Of a DNA stretch of 64,000 bases, positions 48,511 to 64,000 are shown one piece after another (positions within the stretch are counted from its first letter, which is position 1; each line of letters starts with the position of its first letter). This DNA is from the human T2T-CHM13v2.0 reference genome, Homo sapiens: NCBI RefSeq assembly GCF_009914755.1, contig NC_060925.1; one strand, 5' to 3'. A model generated the notes under the pieces. The model searched no databases, was not told where the DNA came from, and was given only the letters and a program-made list of their open reading frames with translations. The translations under genes and the position numbers were made by a program.

Positions 48511-48685
48511 GAATTGGCTACATAATTTGTAGGGTCCAGCGAAAATAAAAATGCTGGACCCTTTATTAACAAACAATGGAGACGTTCAAGGTAATGACAG
48601 TAAAACTTAAAGCCAATTGTGAGACCCTTCTGAGCAAAGGGCCCTATGTGACTGTTTGGGTCTCATGCCTGTGAAACTGGTCCTG
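48511..48685 (-). mobile_element. MER45A-like DNA element
   Basis: GGCTACATAATTTG..GG.CCAG.G.AAAAT.AAAATG and GGGCCCT.TG.GACTG. Confidence 0.6.
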
Positions 48686-48790
48686 TGTGTGACATAGGAA
48701 CAGGCCAATTCCAACTGCTAATTCATCCAATTTTACAATCTCTTAAATGGAGATAAGTAATATGTTTAACTAATGACTTTGAAAGGTCTG

Positions 48791-51362
48791 GTCCAAAAAC
48801 CAGACAAGTCTTACAGGTTAGTTCAGGATCTGTGCCTTATCAACCAAATTGTCTTGCCTATCCACCCTGTAGTGCCAAACCCATATACTCTCCTATCCTC
48901 AATATCTCCCTCCATTATTCTGTTCTAGATCAACCTAACTGACCCCATAAATCCTAAATCCTTTCCCCACTCTCCTTTCCATTCCTTAAAAGACAGCCCT
49001 AAAAGCTGCTCCCACACTAGCTCTCCCTAACTCATCCCAACTTTTTCATTACACACAGCCAAAGTGCAGGGCTGTGTGGTCAGAATTCTTACACAAGAGC
49101 CGGGACTGCACCCTGTAGCCTTTTGGTCCAAACAACTTGACTTTACTGTTTTAGCTTAGCCCTCATGTCTGTGTGCAGCGGCTGCTGCTGCTGCTTTAAT
49201 ACTTTTAGAGGCCCTCAAAATCACAAGCTATGCTCCACTTACTCTCTACAGTTCCCATAACTTTCAAAATCCATTTTCCTCCTCACACTTGACGCATATA
49301 CTTTCTGCCCCTCAGCTCCTTCAACTATACTCACTCTTTGCTGCGTCTCCCACAGTTACCATTGTTCCTGGCCTGGACTTCAATCTGGCCTCCCACATTA
49401 TTCCTGATACAACACCTGACCCCCATGACGCTATCTCTCTGATCCACCTGACATTCACTCCATTTCCCCATATTTCCTTCTTTCCTGTTTCTCACCCTGA
49501 TCACACTATTGATGGCAGTTCCACCATGCCTAATCGCCACTCACCAGCAAAGGCAGGCTATGCTATTGTATCTTCTACATCTATCACTGAGGCTACTGCT
49601 CTGCCCCCCTCCACTATGTCTCAGTAAGCCAAACTCATTGCCTTAACTCAGGCCCTCACTCTTGCAAGGGACTATGCATCAATATTTATACTGACTCTAA
49701 ATATGCCTTCCATATCCTGCACCACCATGCTGTTATATGGGCTGAAAGAGGTTTCCTCACTACGCAAGTATCCTCTATCATTAATACTTCTTTAATAAAA
49801 ACTCTTCTCAAAGCCACTTTACTTCCAAAGGAAGCTGGAGTCATTCACTGCAAGGGCCACCAAAAGGCATCAGATCCCATCGCTCAGGGCAATGCTTATG
49901 CTGATAAGGTAACCAAAGAAGCAGCTAGCCTTCCAACTTCTGTCCCTCATGGCCAGTTTTTCTCCTTCTCATTGGTCACTCCTACCTACACCCCACTGAA
50001 ACTTCCACCTATCAATCTCTTCCCACACAAGGCAAATGGTTCTTGGACCAAGGAAAATATCTCCTTCCAGCCTCACAGGCCCATTCTATTCTGTTGTCAT
50101 TTCATAATCTCTTCCATGTAGGTTACAAGCTACTAGCCCGTCTCTTAGAACCTCTCATTTCCTTTCTATCGTGAAAATCTATCCTCAAGAAAATCACTTC
50201 TCAGTGTTCCATCTACTATTCTACTACCCCTCAGGGATTGTTCAGGCCCCCTCCCTTCCCTACACATCAAGCTTGGGGATTTGCCCCTGCCCAGGACTGG
50301 CAAATTGACTTTACTCACATGCCCCAAGTCAGGAAACTAAAATACCTCTTGGTCTGGGTAGACACTTTCACTGGATGGGTAGAGGCCTTTCCCTCAGGGT
50401 CTGAGAAGGCCACCGCAGTCATTTCTTCCCTTCTGTCAGACATAATTCCTCAGTTTGGCCTTCCCACCTCTATACAGTCTGATAATGGACCGGCCTTTAT
50501 TAGTCAAATCACCTGAGCAATTTCTCAGGCTCTTGGTATTTAATGGCTCCTGGTTTTACCTCAAATCGCCACCCTTAAGTCTCTGTTTAAGTGGATAGAA
50601 GATCTTCATTGACAAAGTACACTCCTATACTTTCACCCTGATGAAGTCCTATTCTTTACTTTTATACTCACTCTTATTCTGGTTCCCGTTCTTATGCCAC
50701 CCTCTACCTCTCCCCAGCTATCTCCACCACACTGTCAATCTCACTCTCTCCTAGCTGTTTCTAATCCTTCTTTAACAAACAATTGCTGGCTTTGCATTTC
50801 TCTTTCCTCCAAAATCACCCAGGCCTCCACTTATTCACTGCTAAAAAAAGAGGACTCTATATTTTTAAACAAACAGTGTTTTTACCTAAATCAATCTGGC
50901 CTGGTATATGACAACATAAAAAAACTCAAGGATAGAGCCCAAAAACTCACCAACCAAGCAAATAATTATGCTGAACCCCCTTGGGCACTCCTTAATTGGA
51001 TGTCCTGGGTCCTCCCAATTCTTAGTCCTTTAATACCTATTTTTCTCCTTCTCTTATTCGGACCTTGTGTCTTCCTTCCATTTAGTTTCTCAATTCATAC
51101 AAAACCACATCCAGGTCATCACCAATCATTCTATACGACAAATGCCCCTTCTAACAAGCCCATAATATCACCCCTTACCCCAAAATCTTTCTTCAGTTTA
51201 ATCTCTCCCACTCTAGGTTCCCATGCTGCCCCAATCCTGCTTGAAGCAACCCTGAAAAACATTGCCATTATCTCTCCATACCACCCCCAAAAGTTTTCGC
51301 TGCCTCAACACTTCACCACTGTTTTGTTTTGTTTTTCTTATTATAATATAAGAAGACAGGAA
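48791..51362 (+). mobile_element. HERV-H internal sequence, 5'-truncated (decayed pol RT/RNaseH/IN and env remnant)
   Basis: IDGSS (RNaseH), WQIDFTHMP..VDTFTGWVEAFP..IQSDNGPAF (integrase), env TM-like CFYLNQSGLV; PPT AAGAAGACAGGAA before the LTR. Confidence 0.92.
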
Positions 51363-51786
51363 TGTCAGGCCTCTGAGCCCAAGCTAAGCCATCATATCCC
51401 CTGTGACCTGTACGTATACATCTAGATGGTCTGAAGCAACTGAATATCCACAAAAGACCTGAAAATAGCCTTAACTGATGACGTTCCACCACTGTGATTT
51501 GTTCCTGCCCCACCCTAACTGATATGATATATTCTCCCCTGCCCTTAAGAAGGTACTTTGTAATATTCTCCCCCCTCCACTTAAGAAGGTACTTTGTAAT
51601 ATTCTTCCCTGCCCTTAGGAATGTACTTTGTACACCTATCCCAAACCTATATGAACTAATGATAATCCCACCACCCTTTGCTAACTCCTTTTTTGGACTC
51701 GGCCCGCCTGCACCCAGGTGAAATAAACAGCCTTGTTGCTCACACAAAGCCTGTTTGGTGGTCTCTTCACATGGACGCACGTGACA
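51363..51786 (+). mobile_element. HERV-H 3' LTR (LTR7B / type II-like)
   Basis: TGTCAGGCCTCTGAGCCCAAGC...GTGACA termini; type II repeats CTTAAGAAGGTACTTTGTAATATTCT; AATAAA near 51722. Confidence 0.9.
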
Positions 51787-51806
51787 AAAGGGGCTTTGAA
51801 GGGCTC

Positions 51807-51842
51807 CCCAAAATAGCTCAGTTGGGAGAGCATTAGACTGAA
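51807..51842 (+). pseudogene. tRNA-Phe(GAA) 5'-half retrocopy
   Basis: cCCaAAATAGCTCAGTTGGGAGAGCaTTAGACTGAA matches tRNA-Phe nt 1-36 with CpG decay; flanked by direct repeat GGGCTTTGAA. Confidence 0.85.
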
Positions 51843-51976
51843 AAGGGCTTTGAAACTTCTTTTTCTTTTCTTTTTTTCTCTTTCTGAGACAAGGTCTCAC
51901 TTTGTCACCCAGGCTGGAGTGCAGTGAGTGACTTGATCACAGCTCACTGCAGCCTCAACCTCCCGGGCTCAGGTGA

Positions 51977-52177
<201 letters not shown>

Positions 52178-52199
52178 TGAAAATATTAAACATGCATAT

Positions 52200-52513
52200 A
52201 CAGTAGATCCTCATTACTCATTGATTACGTATTTGCAAATTTGGCTACTCCCTAAAATGTATTTGTTATACATATAGCAAATAGCACTAGTAGCACTAGC
52301 CTGGGAAAAAGATCAAAACTGTGGTTTCCATATTGCTTTTGCGCCATCCATATTGCTTTTGAGCCATTGTAAAGTCGAAAAATTGTATGTCAAACAATTG
52401 TAAGTTAGGGGCCGGCCGTATTCTTTCTAGGAGCAATGGTTCAGTATTTGCTAATTTAATGTTTGTGGCAACTTTATAGAACATAACTATCATAATAATA
52501 AGAATTGACTGTA
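52200..52513. mobile_element. Nested TcMar-Tigger MITE fragments (MER47-like piece inside another Tigger MITE)
   Basis: TA-flanked CAGT...ACTG termini; internal GTAAAGTCGAAAAATTGTA.GTC. Confidence 0.55.
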
Positions 52514-52559
52514 CGAGAAAATATATTACTATTTCTACAGGTATATTATTATAAATTAC

Positions 52560-52630
52560 CTTTAGCATACTACCATACAGCAACCCAAAGCGTGTTTCAA
52601 GTCCACTGGTGTGGATTAGCCCACTGGGAT
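52560..52630 (-). other. SPATA45: Probable SPATA45 non-coding exon 1 (5' end approximate)
   Basis: Strong minus-strand donor AAG|gtaatt at 52560/52559 in unique sequence; position agrees with my recollection of the gene extent; inferred. Confidence 0.55.
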
Positions 52631-53338
52631 GACACCTTGGTGATGGAATATTCTGATCAGTGCCATTCCAACTTTGTTCTATTCATAGAAGCCTGGTTAA
52701 GAGAGGTTCTGGAGTCAGAGATCATTTACTTACCAGCCAGGTGACCTTGGATAAATATAAATTCCTCTACCCTCTTTTTTTTTTTTTTTTTTTTTTTTTT
52801 GGAGACAAGGTCTTGCTCTGTCACCCAGGCTGGAGTGCAATGGTGCAATCACAGTTTCATTATGTCGGCCACGCTGCTCTTGAACTCCTGAGCTCAAGCG
52901 ATTCCTCTTGGCCTCCCAAAATGCTGGGATTACAGGTGTGCATCACCAGGCCCAGCCATTCAACCCTCGTAATATTGGTTTCATCATTTGCAAAATGGGG
53001 GCTAAAGATACTGCTTTCACCAAGCTGTGTGTTTGTATGTGTGGTAAGTGATGAGGAGAGTGTTGAGATTAAATTAGGAATGCATGTAAAGATTTTTGCA
53101 TTGTGGCTGGCATCAATTTATTACATGTACTGATATGTTTTGAGCACATACTGTGCTTGGAGCTATTGTGGATACTGGGGACAAATGGGTCCTTGCCCCG
53201 ATGAAGAAGAGTTCTAATCTAAAGATTCATTGTAAGTACTCAGTAAGTGGTAGCTACTTTATTGGTTTTATTAAAACTTTATATTTTACATGGGGAACTT
53301 GTTGTTGTTGTTTGTTTTTGTTTTGGTTTGGTTTTTGA

Positions 53339-53443
<105 letters not shown>

Positions 53444-53978
53444 TGAGTAGCTGGGATTACAGGCATACGCCACCACATCTGGCTAATTTTGTATTTTTAG
53501 TAGAAATGAGGTTTCACCAAGTTAGCCAGGCTGGTCTCGAACTCCTGACCTCAGGTGATCTGCCTACCTTGGCCTCCCTGGCCTCTTTTGTTTTTTGAGA
53601 CAGGATCTCATTCCATCGGACAGGCTAGAGTGCAGTGGTGTGATTGAGGCTTACTGCAACCTCGACCTCCTGAACTCAGGTGATCCTCTCACCTCTGCCT
53701 CCTGAGTAGCTGGGACTACAGGCGTGGACCACCACAACTGGCTAATTTTTAAATTTCTCATAGAGACGGGGTTTTGCCATGTTGCCCAAGCTACATGGAA
53801 AGTTATTTTATTCATATATTTCTTTTCTAAGAAGAGGAGGTCTCCAGTTTTTTTTTTTTTTAAATCTTCAGGTCACTCTGGAATGTTTCCAATGTGGAGG
53901 AAGGGGCCCAGCAAAACTAACTAACTCACTCACTACATGGAGAAGCAACTCAAGAAACAAGCTGACTCAAGAAATTAG

Positions 53979-57088
<3,110 letters not shown>

Positions 57089-57936
57089 GTTCAACATAGT
57101 TTATGTATATCTGCTTTCACTACATCTTAAGAGATTCAGAAAGTTCTTGTTAATAATAAGGCCCAGCATGGAACTAGGGTGTACTTTGCATTTGTATAAC
57201 CCAGGTGGAAGAGCATATGTAGGCTAAAGAAACAAACAAAAAACCGATAAAAGAACAATAGGGCCTAGCCAGGGTGAAGGTACCTTAAGGCAACAAGAGA
57301 GGGAGGAAGGGGCTTCCGAGAAGGAGGGAAGAAAAAAAACTTCAGAAATAAGTGTTAGAGGGCTGTTGCAGTGGCTCACTAATCCCAGCACTTTGGGAGG
57401 GTGAGGTGGACAGATCACTTGAAGTCAGGAGTTCAAGACCAGCCTGGCCAACATGGCGAAACCCCATCTCTACAAAAAACACAAAAATTTGCCGGGCATG
57501 GTTGCATGCGCCTGTAATCCCAGCTATTTGGGAGGCTGAAGTGGGAGGTTGAATCTGTTTAGTAAATTGGGGGCTTAGAATATTTCATTTTTGGTTTACA
57601 GGGGCTTGAGTTCTCCTTGTGGCCTGTCTCCATATGGCATTTCCTCTAGCTACAGTTTTCAGGAGCTATTTGGTCTCTCAACTCTAAGCATACAAAACCC
57701 TTAAGACTCCTCTGTAGTAGATGCTCTGAACAAGCCAGGGCTGGGAAGGAGGTCTATTTATTTTTTGACTCAATTCTTTCATCAGAGTTTCAGTAAGTGA
57801 GTTACAAATTAGTGAATCAAGAGGAAACATGTGAAGCAGTTGCACAGTTTTTTCAGAGTAAATCTGGAAATGAAGATATTAGTTGCTACAGGTGGGAGGG
57901 GTGAGCAGAGGCAGATTTACCATGAAGTTAATATGA

Positions 57937-58137
<201 letters not shown>

Positions 58138-58256
58138 TAGAGAAGGGGTTTCGCCATGTTACCCAGGCTGGTCTTGAACCCAGGCTCGCCATTGCACTCC
58201 AGACTGGGCAACAAGAGCGAGACTCCATCTCAAAAAATAAATAAAAAAATAAATAA

Positions 58257-58443
58257 AAAGATCTAGAAAAGTGACAGAATAATTTGTTCCCATCTCACCA
58301 GTTTGGTTTCGCTGTACTGATGACCTCAACTGGCATCATGGACCGAGAAGAAACAAGACAAAAACACAGGAGAAAAAATCCTGGGACTCTTTTTTTTTTT
58401 TTTTTTCAGGAATAAATATATACAAATAAAATGTCTCAATGGA
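58257..58443 (+). pseudogene. RPS15A processed pseudogene, 3' fragment
   Basis: Decayed match to QFGF.VL.TS.GIMD.EE.R.KH..KILG.FF plus 3'UTR with AATAAAATG. Confidence 0.8.
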
Positions 58444-59011
58444 GGGAAGAATACATGTGGGAGGATTCTGATTTCCAACCTTCTCCTCTACTCCTCCATT
58501 TCCAACTTGATCTTTTCACAAAATAGAACCATATAGCCTCTGCTGATCAGGTGGACAGAGCCTGATGCTAGTAGGAGTAAACTGAAGGCAAGGTTGCCCA
58601 AATCTACCCACCTCCCCATGAAACATCATGGATTGCACATCCAATAGCATTGTTCTGGTTTGCATCTTAACCTCTGAGGCTCGTAAACTGTGGCAAACCT
58701 TTGTTCAGGGACAGCTACATCACTCCTATTAGCATCTTGGACCTTGGCTCCTGGATGCTGTCCAGATCTCATATTGCTGAAGTGTTACTTATTCAAATCT
58801 CTCTGACTTGGCATTCCACACCCATAAAGTAGCTCAATCTCATCTTGACTCCCAGCCAAACGATGCTCCCAGTAGTATCTTTTTTGACAGAGATTAAGGT
58901 TCATTTTACGTTATACATCCAAACATTTGATATAAATAATGACTCATGTTTAAACTGGTTAATAAATATCTACCACTGAAGCCAGAGAAAGAAGACAAGA
59001 TTAAGAAATTA

Positions 59012-59621
<610 letters not shown>

Positions 59622-59715
59622 TGATCCACCCGCCTCGGCCTCCTAAAGTGCTGGGATTACAGGCGTAAGCCACTGCACCTGGCCAAGATTTTTTTTTTTT
59701 AAGAAACAGATTTCA

Positions 59716-59853
<138 letters not shown>

Positions 59854-59899
59854 TCAAAAAAAAAAAAAAAAATAATAATAATAATTTAAAAAAAGATTT

Positions 59900-60380
59900 C
59901 CTTCCTTCTCTCCTCCCTCCTTTTTTCCTTCCTTCCTTTCTTTTTCTCTCTTTCTTTCTTTCTCTCTCTCTTCTTTCTTTGTCTCTTTCCTTTCTTTTCT
60001 TTCTAATTTGGCACACAAACACTTTATTTAAATGCATATCTCAATTCCTGTGCGGCTGGCAAATAAAATAAAGGAGCAGATCATGGCACAGCATTCTCAT
60101 GGACCAAGTGGTCGAACCCAACATCCAAGACCCAGTGAGCAGCCAAGCTCAGTGCAACCTCCAGGCCTCTCGCTCTGACTCCAACAGGGTGAGCACATAG
60201 CCCTTGCGCATGGGGTCTTTTACACTGTGGATGATGGAGTGGCTTGTGTCTTCCATAAATTCCCGCATGCACTGTCCCTGAGAGCTGGTTCTGCCCAGGA
60301 CCTTGGTGACCCTGGCTAGCTAGATAGGCTGCACATGGCTGGTGTCTGTGATGGCGATGCAGCAGCAGTTGGGCAGAGAG
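59900..60380 (-). pseudogene. RPS28 processed pseudogene
   Basis: Minus strand: [52 protein letters not shown] at 60149-60151, AATAAA (tttatt 60023-60028), pyrimidine-rich decayed tail; start codon lost. Confidence 0.92.
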
Positions 60381-60896
60381 AAGAAATAGATTTCTTTACA
60401 AAGCAAGTAATTATTTAAAATATTCACGGTAATTCAGTATTCATTAGCTGTACTCAGTAAATATTTATTGAACAGCTACTATGTGCTAGGTACTCGCACA
60501 AAGTACACTGGTTACAAATTCTTGAAAAATAGTAGCGGTAGCAAAAAGCAACAAAACTTTCAGCCCTGCCCTTATGGAACTCACATTCTAGTGGGCAGGG
60601 AGAAAATAACCAGAAAAAGGCCCAGCACAATGGCTCATGCCTGTAATCCTAGCACTTTGGGAGGCCGAAGTGAGCTGATCAGTTGAGACCAGTCTGAGCA
60701 ATGTGGCAAAACCCCATCTCTACAAAAAATACAAAAAGTACTCAGGCTTGGTGGTCAGCCGAGAGAGAGAGAGAGAAGGAAAGAAAGAGAGAGAGAAAGA
60801 AAGAAAAGAAAGAAAGAGGCCAGGCTCGGTGGCTCAGGCCTGTAATCCCAGCACTTTGCGAGGCTGAGGCGGGCGGATCACGAGGTCAGGAGTTCA

Positions 60897-61172
<276 letters not shown>

Positions 61173-62123
61173 CTAGGAAAGAAAGAAAAAAAAAAGCAGG
61201 GAAGGGATGTTGGCCGGGGCAGGCGGAGGGGGGGATTTATACAGTTTGGCCAAGGAAGACATTATAATAATGCACTTATTCCTTAGTTTAGAACATGTAG
61301 CATTTCACCTGTACCGAGAGATGCCTGATATATTTCATACATGACCAAAATAATAATGTAAGAGGCAATAAAAAAGTGCAGGGTTTTAGGGTTCTAGATA
61401 TCAGCACATTTTAAGATTAAATGCATGGTAAGAACTTTTGTACTATATACACCTAGTTTGAACTTAAATTTAATAACAAACTCTTTGGAGTCTCTCTCTC
61501 TCTCTTTTTTTTTTTTTCCCAAACATAGCTTCCCAAGGAGCAGAAGGGCTGAATTTTCTCTAGTTCCAGGAAGACCGCAAGGCTACTGTGCTCTGGATGT
61601 CTCGTTTTTATTTTTTTATTTTTTTATTCTCCAGATCTCAAGACGGTGTCTGGCACATACCATTCAATACAAGTTTGGTACCTGGAACCCACTGAATATG
61701 CATGTCCAGTAACTATTAACTACATGTGTTGGTGCAAGGGAGAAGGTCGAGCAACCGGATCTGCTCCATCATAGCCCGTCTCAGTCGCTTCATTCAAGTC
61801 AGCGGGGTGAGGTTGAGGGGATTCCAACTTCACAAGGGCAGATTTCTCATGGACTCTCTTTCTCTGGTTGTACTGGAACACTTTCTGGCGTTATTCCTCT
61901 GCTGGGACAGCATGAACTTATGAAACGTGGTCCTGTCTGCCCTAAAGCCAGGGTCTCACCGACAAGGACAGCGATGCTGGGGCGAGAAATAAAGTTCGTC
62001 CTGGGCCTGCGTACGGTACAGCGCCCTTGGGAAGCCCTTGTGGAGTTAAGGGTGATGCCCACTTCTTTGTCTCCCTCATTCTGTTTCGGTGGCTCTCTCG
62101 TTCCCAGTTCCAAGCTGCCCACT

Positions 62124-62992
62124 TGTTAGAGGAGCCACTGCTTACCAGGCATCTGGTTTAATAAAACATGGCTAGAGCGACTGCATGTTAAAGTGAGTAA
62201 CTAGGCACTCACAAGGCACCTATAAGGTTAATGCTAAAGGTCTGAAAATAGCCGCATTCTAAGCTGACCAACAATTATAATTACACAATATTTATGGCCA
62301 TACAGGACATCTCCCACCAAGTCTGCGGAATTGTCCAGATGTCCTGAGTTTTTTTTTTTTTTTTAGACAAGGTCTCACTTTGTCGCCCAGGCTAGGCTGG
62401 AGGGCAGTGTGGTGCGATCTCAGCTCACTGCAACCTCCGCCTCCCAGGTTCAAGTAGTTCTCCTGCCTCAGCCTCCTGAGTAGCTGGGACTACAGGCATG
62501 CACCACCACGCCTGGCTACTGGCTTTTTTTTTTTTTTTTTTTTTTTTAAATAGATGGCATCTCAGTATGTTGCCCAGGCTGGTCTCGAACTCCTGGGCTC
62601 AAGGGAGACTCCTGTCCGGCCTCCCACAGTGCTGGGATTACAGACGTGGCCACCGAGCCCGGCCCAGCCCTCTACTCAGAGATAACGTCAATGCGCAGGC
62701 TTAGGTTGAAGGATTAATGGTCATTAGTGCACCAACAGCCCCTACCTTTAGTGGGCACATCAGCACATTCCACGATTAATCACAGCTCCTCACAGCTGCC
62801 TCTAAGTAGTGACACTACCGAAGGACGGGAGTTCCTCCTCCTGCAGTCTGAGGACTTGCACTCTCTAACGGAGTAGATTCCAATAAACTTGCTTCCTTCA
62901 CTGCGCTCTGTGACTCGCCTCCAATTCTTCCCTGAAGTAGACCCAAGAACCCTCTCTTGGGGTCTGGATCGAGACCCCTTTTTCCAGCAACA
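62124..62992 (+). mobile_element. ERV1 solo LTR, same MER41-family-like type, with an antisense Alu at ~62350-62670
   Basis: TGTTAGAGG...CCAGCAACA; colinear with 22143-23276; 3' end AAGAACCCTCTCTTGGGGTCTGGATC typical of MER41. Confidence 0.78.
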
Positions 62993-62994
62993 CA

Positions 62995-64000
<1,006 letters not shown>

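Noticed and set aside
51530-51630. Regularly spaced ~33-bp repeats superficially like a CRISPR or novel array
   Set aside because: No unique spacers; these are the known type II U3 repeats of HERV-H LTRs.
48776-51803. GACTTTGAAAGG before the HERV-H resembles GGCTTTGAAGGG after the LTR
   Set aside because: Not flush with the junctions and longer than a retroviral TSD; the right-hand copy is explained by the tRNA-half TSD.
51807-51842. Possible functional tRNA gene or retroviral primer-binding site
   Set aside because: Only the 5' half is present (no T arm or B box) and it is in sense orientation, so it is neither.
50694-51900. 243-aa and 195-aa ORFs
   Set aside because: Deleted, frameshifted HERV-H env remnant and antisense LTR sequence; not an intact env.

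Overview
Human (great-ape) genomic DNA matching the TATDN3 - SPATA45 - FLVCR1-DT/FLVCR1 neighbourhood (1q32.3, by recognition of the proteins). Plus strand: TATDN3 coding exons 2-10 with 3'UTR (63-~21.7 kb) and the start of FLVCR1 exon 1 in a CpG island (ATG 63432). Minus strand: the 98-aa SPATA45 gene and probably the FLVCR1 divergent lncRNA. The rest is very Alu-dense and also holds three ribosomal-protein processed pseudogenes (RPS5, RPS15A, RPS28), a 5'-truncated HERV-H with an LTR7B-type LTR, solo LTR10 and MER41-family LTRs, and a young L1PA with a 5' inversion. I find no evidence of a wholly new gene system. The best leads are: (1) the SPATA45 coding exon is a 315-nt, phase-symmetric, stop-free exon clamped by two pairs of inverted Alus, so back-splicing would give a circRNA with an endless ORF; (2) the L1 carries an inversion and a two-generation 3' transduction; (3) several small retrotransposition or repair scars (tRNA-Phe 5' half, an 80-bp polyadenylated LTR R-region retrocopy, a collapsed inverted-Alu hairpin, a 210-bp templated duplication). 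Repeat subfamily calls are from memory of consensus sequences, not from a database search; repeat boundaries are approximate.
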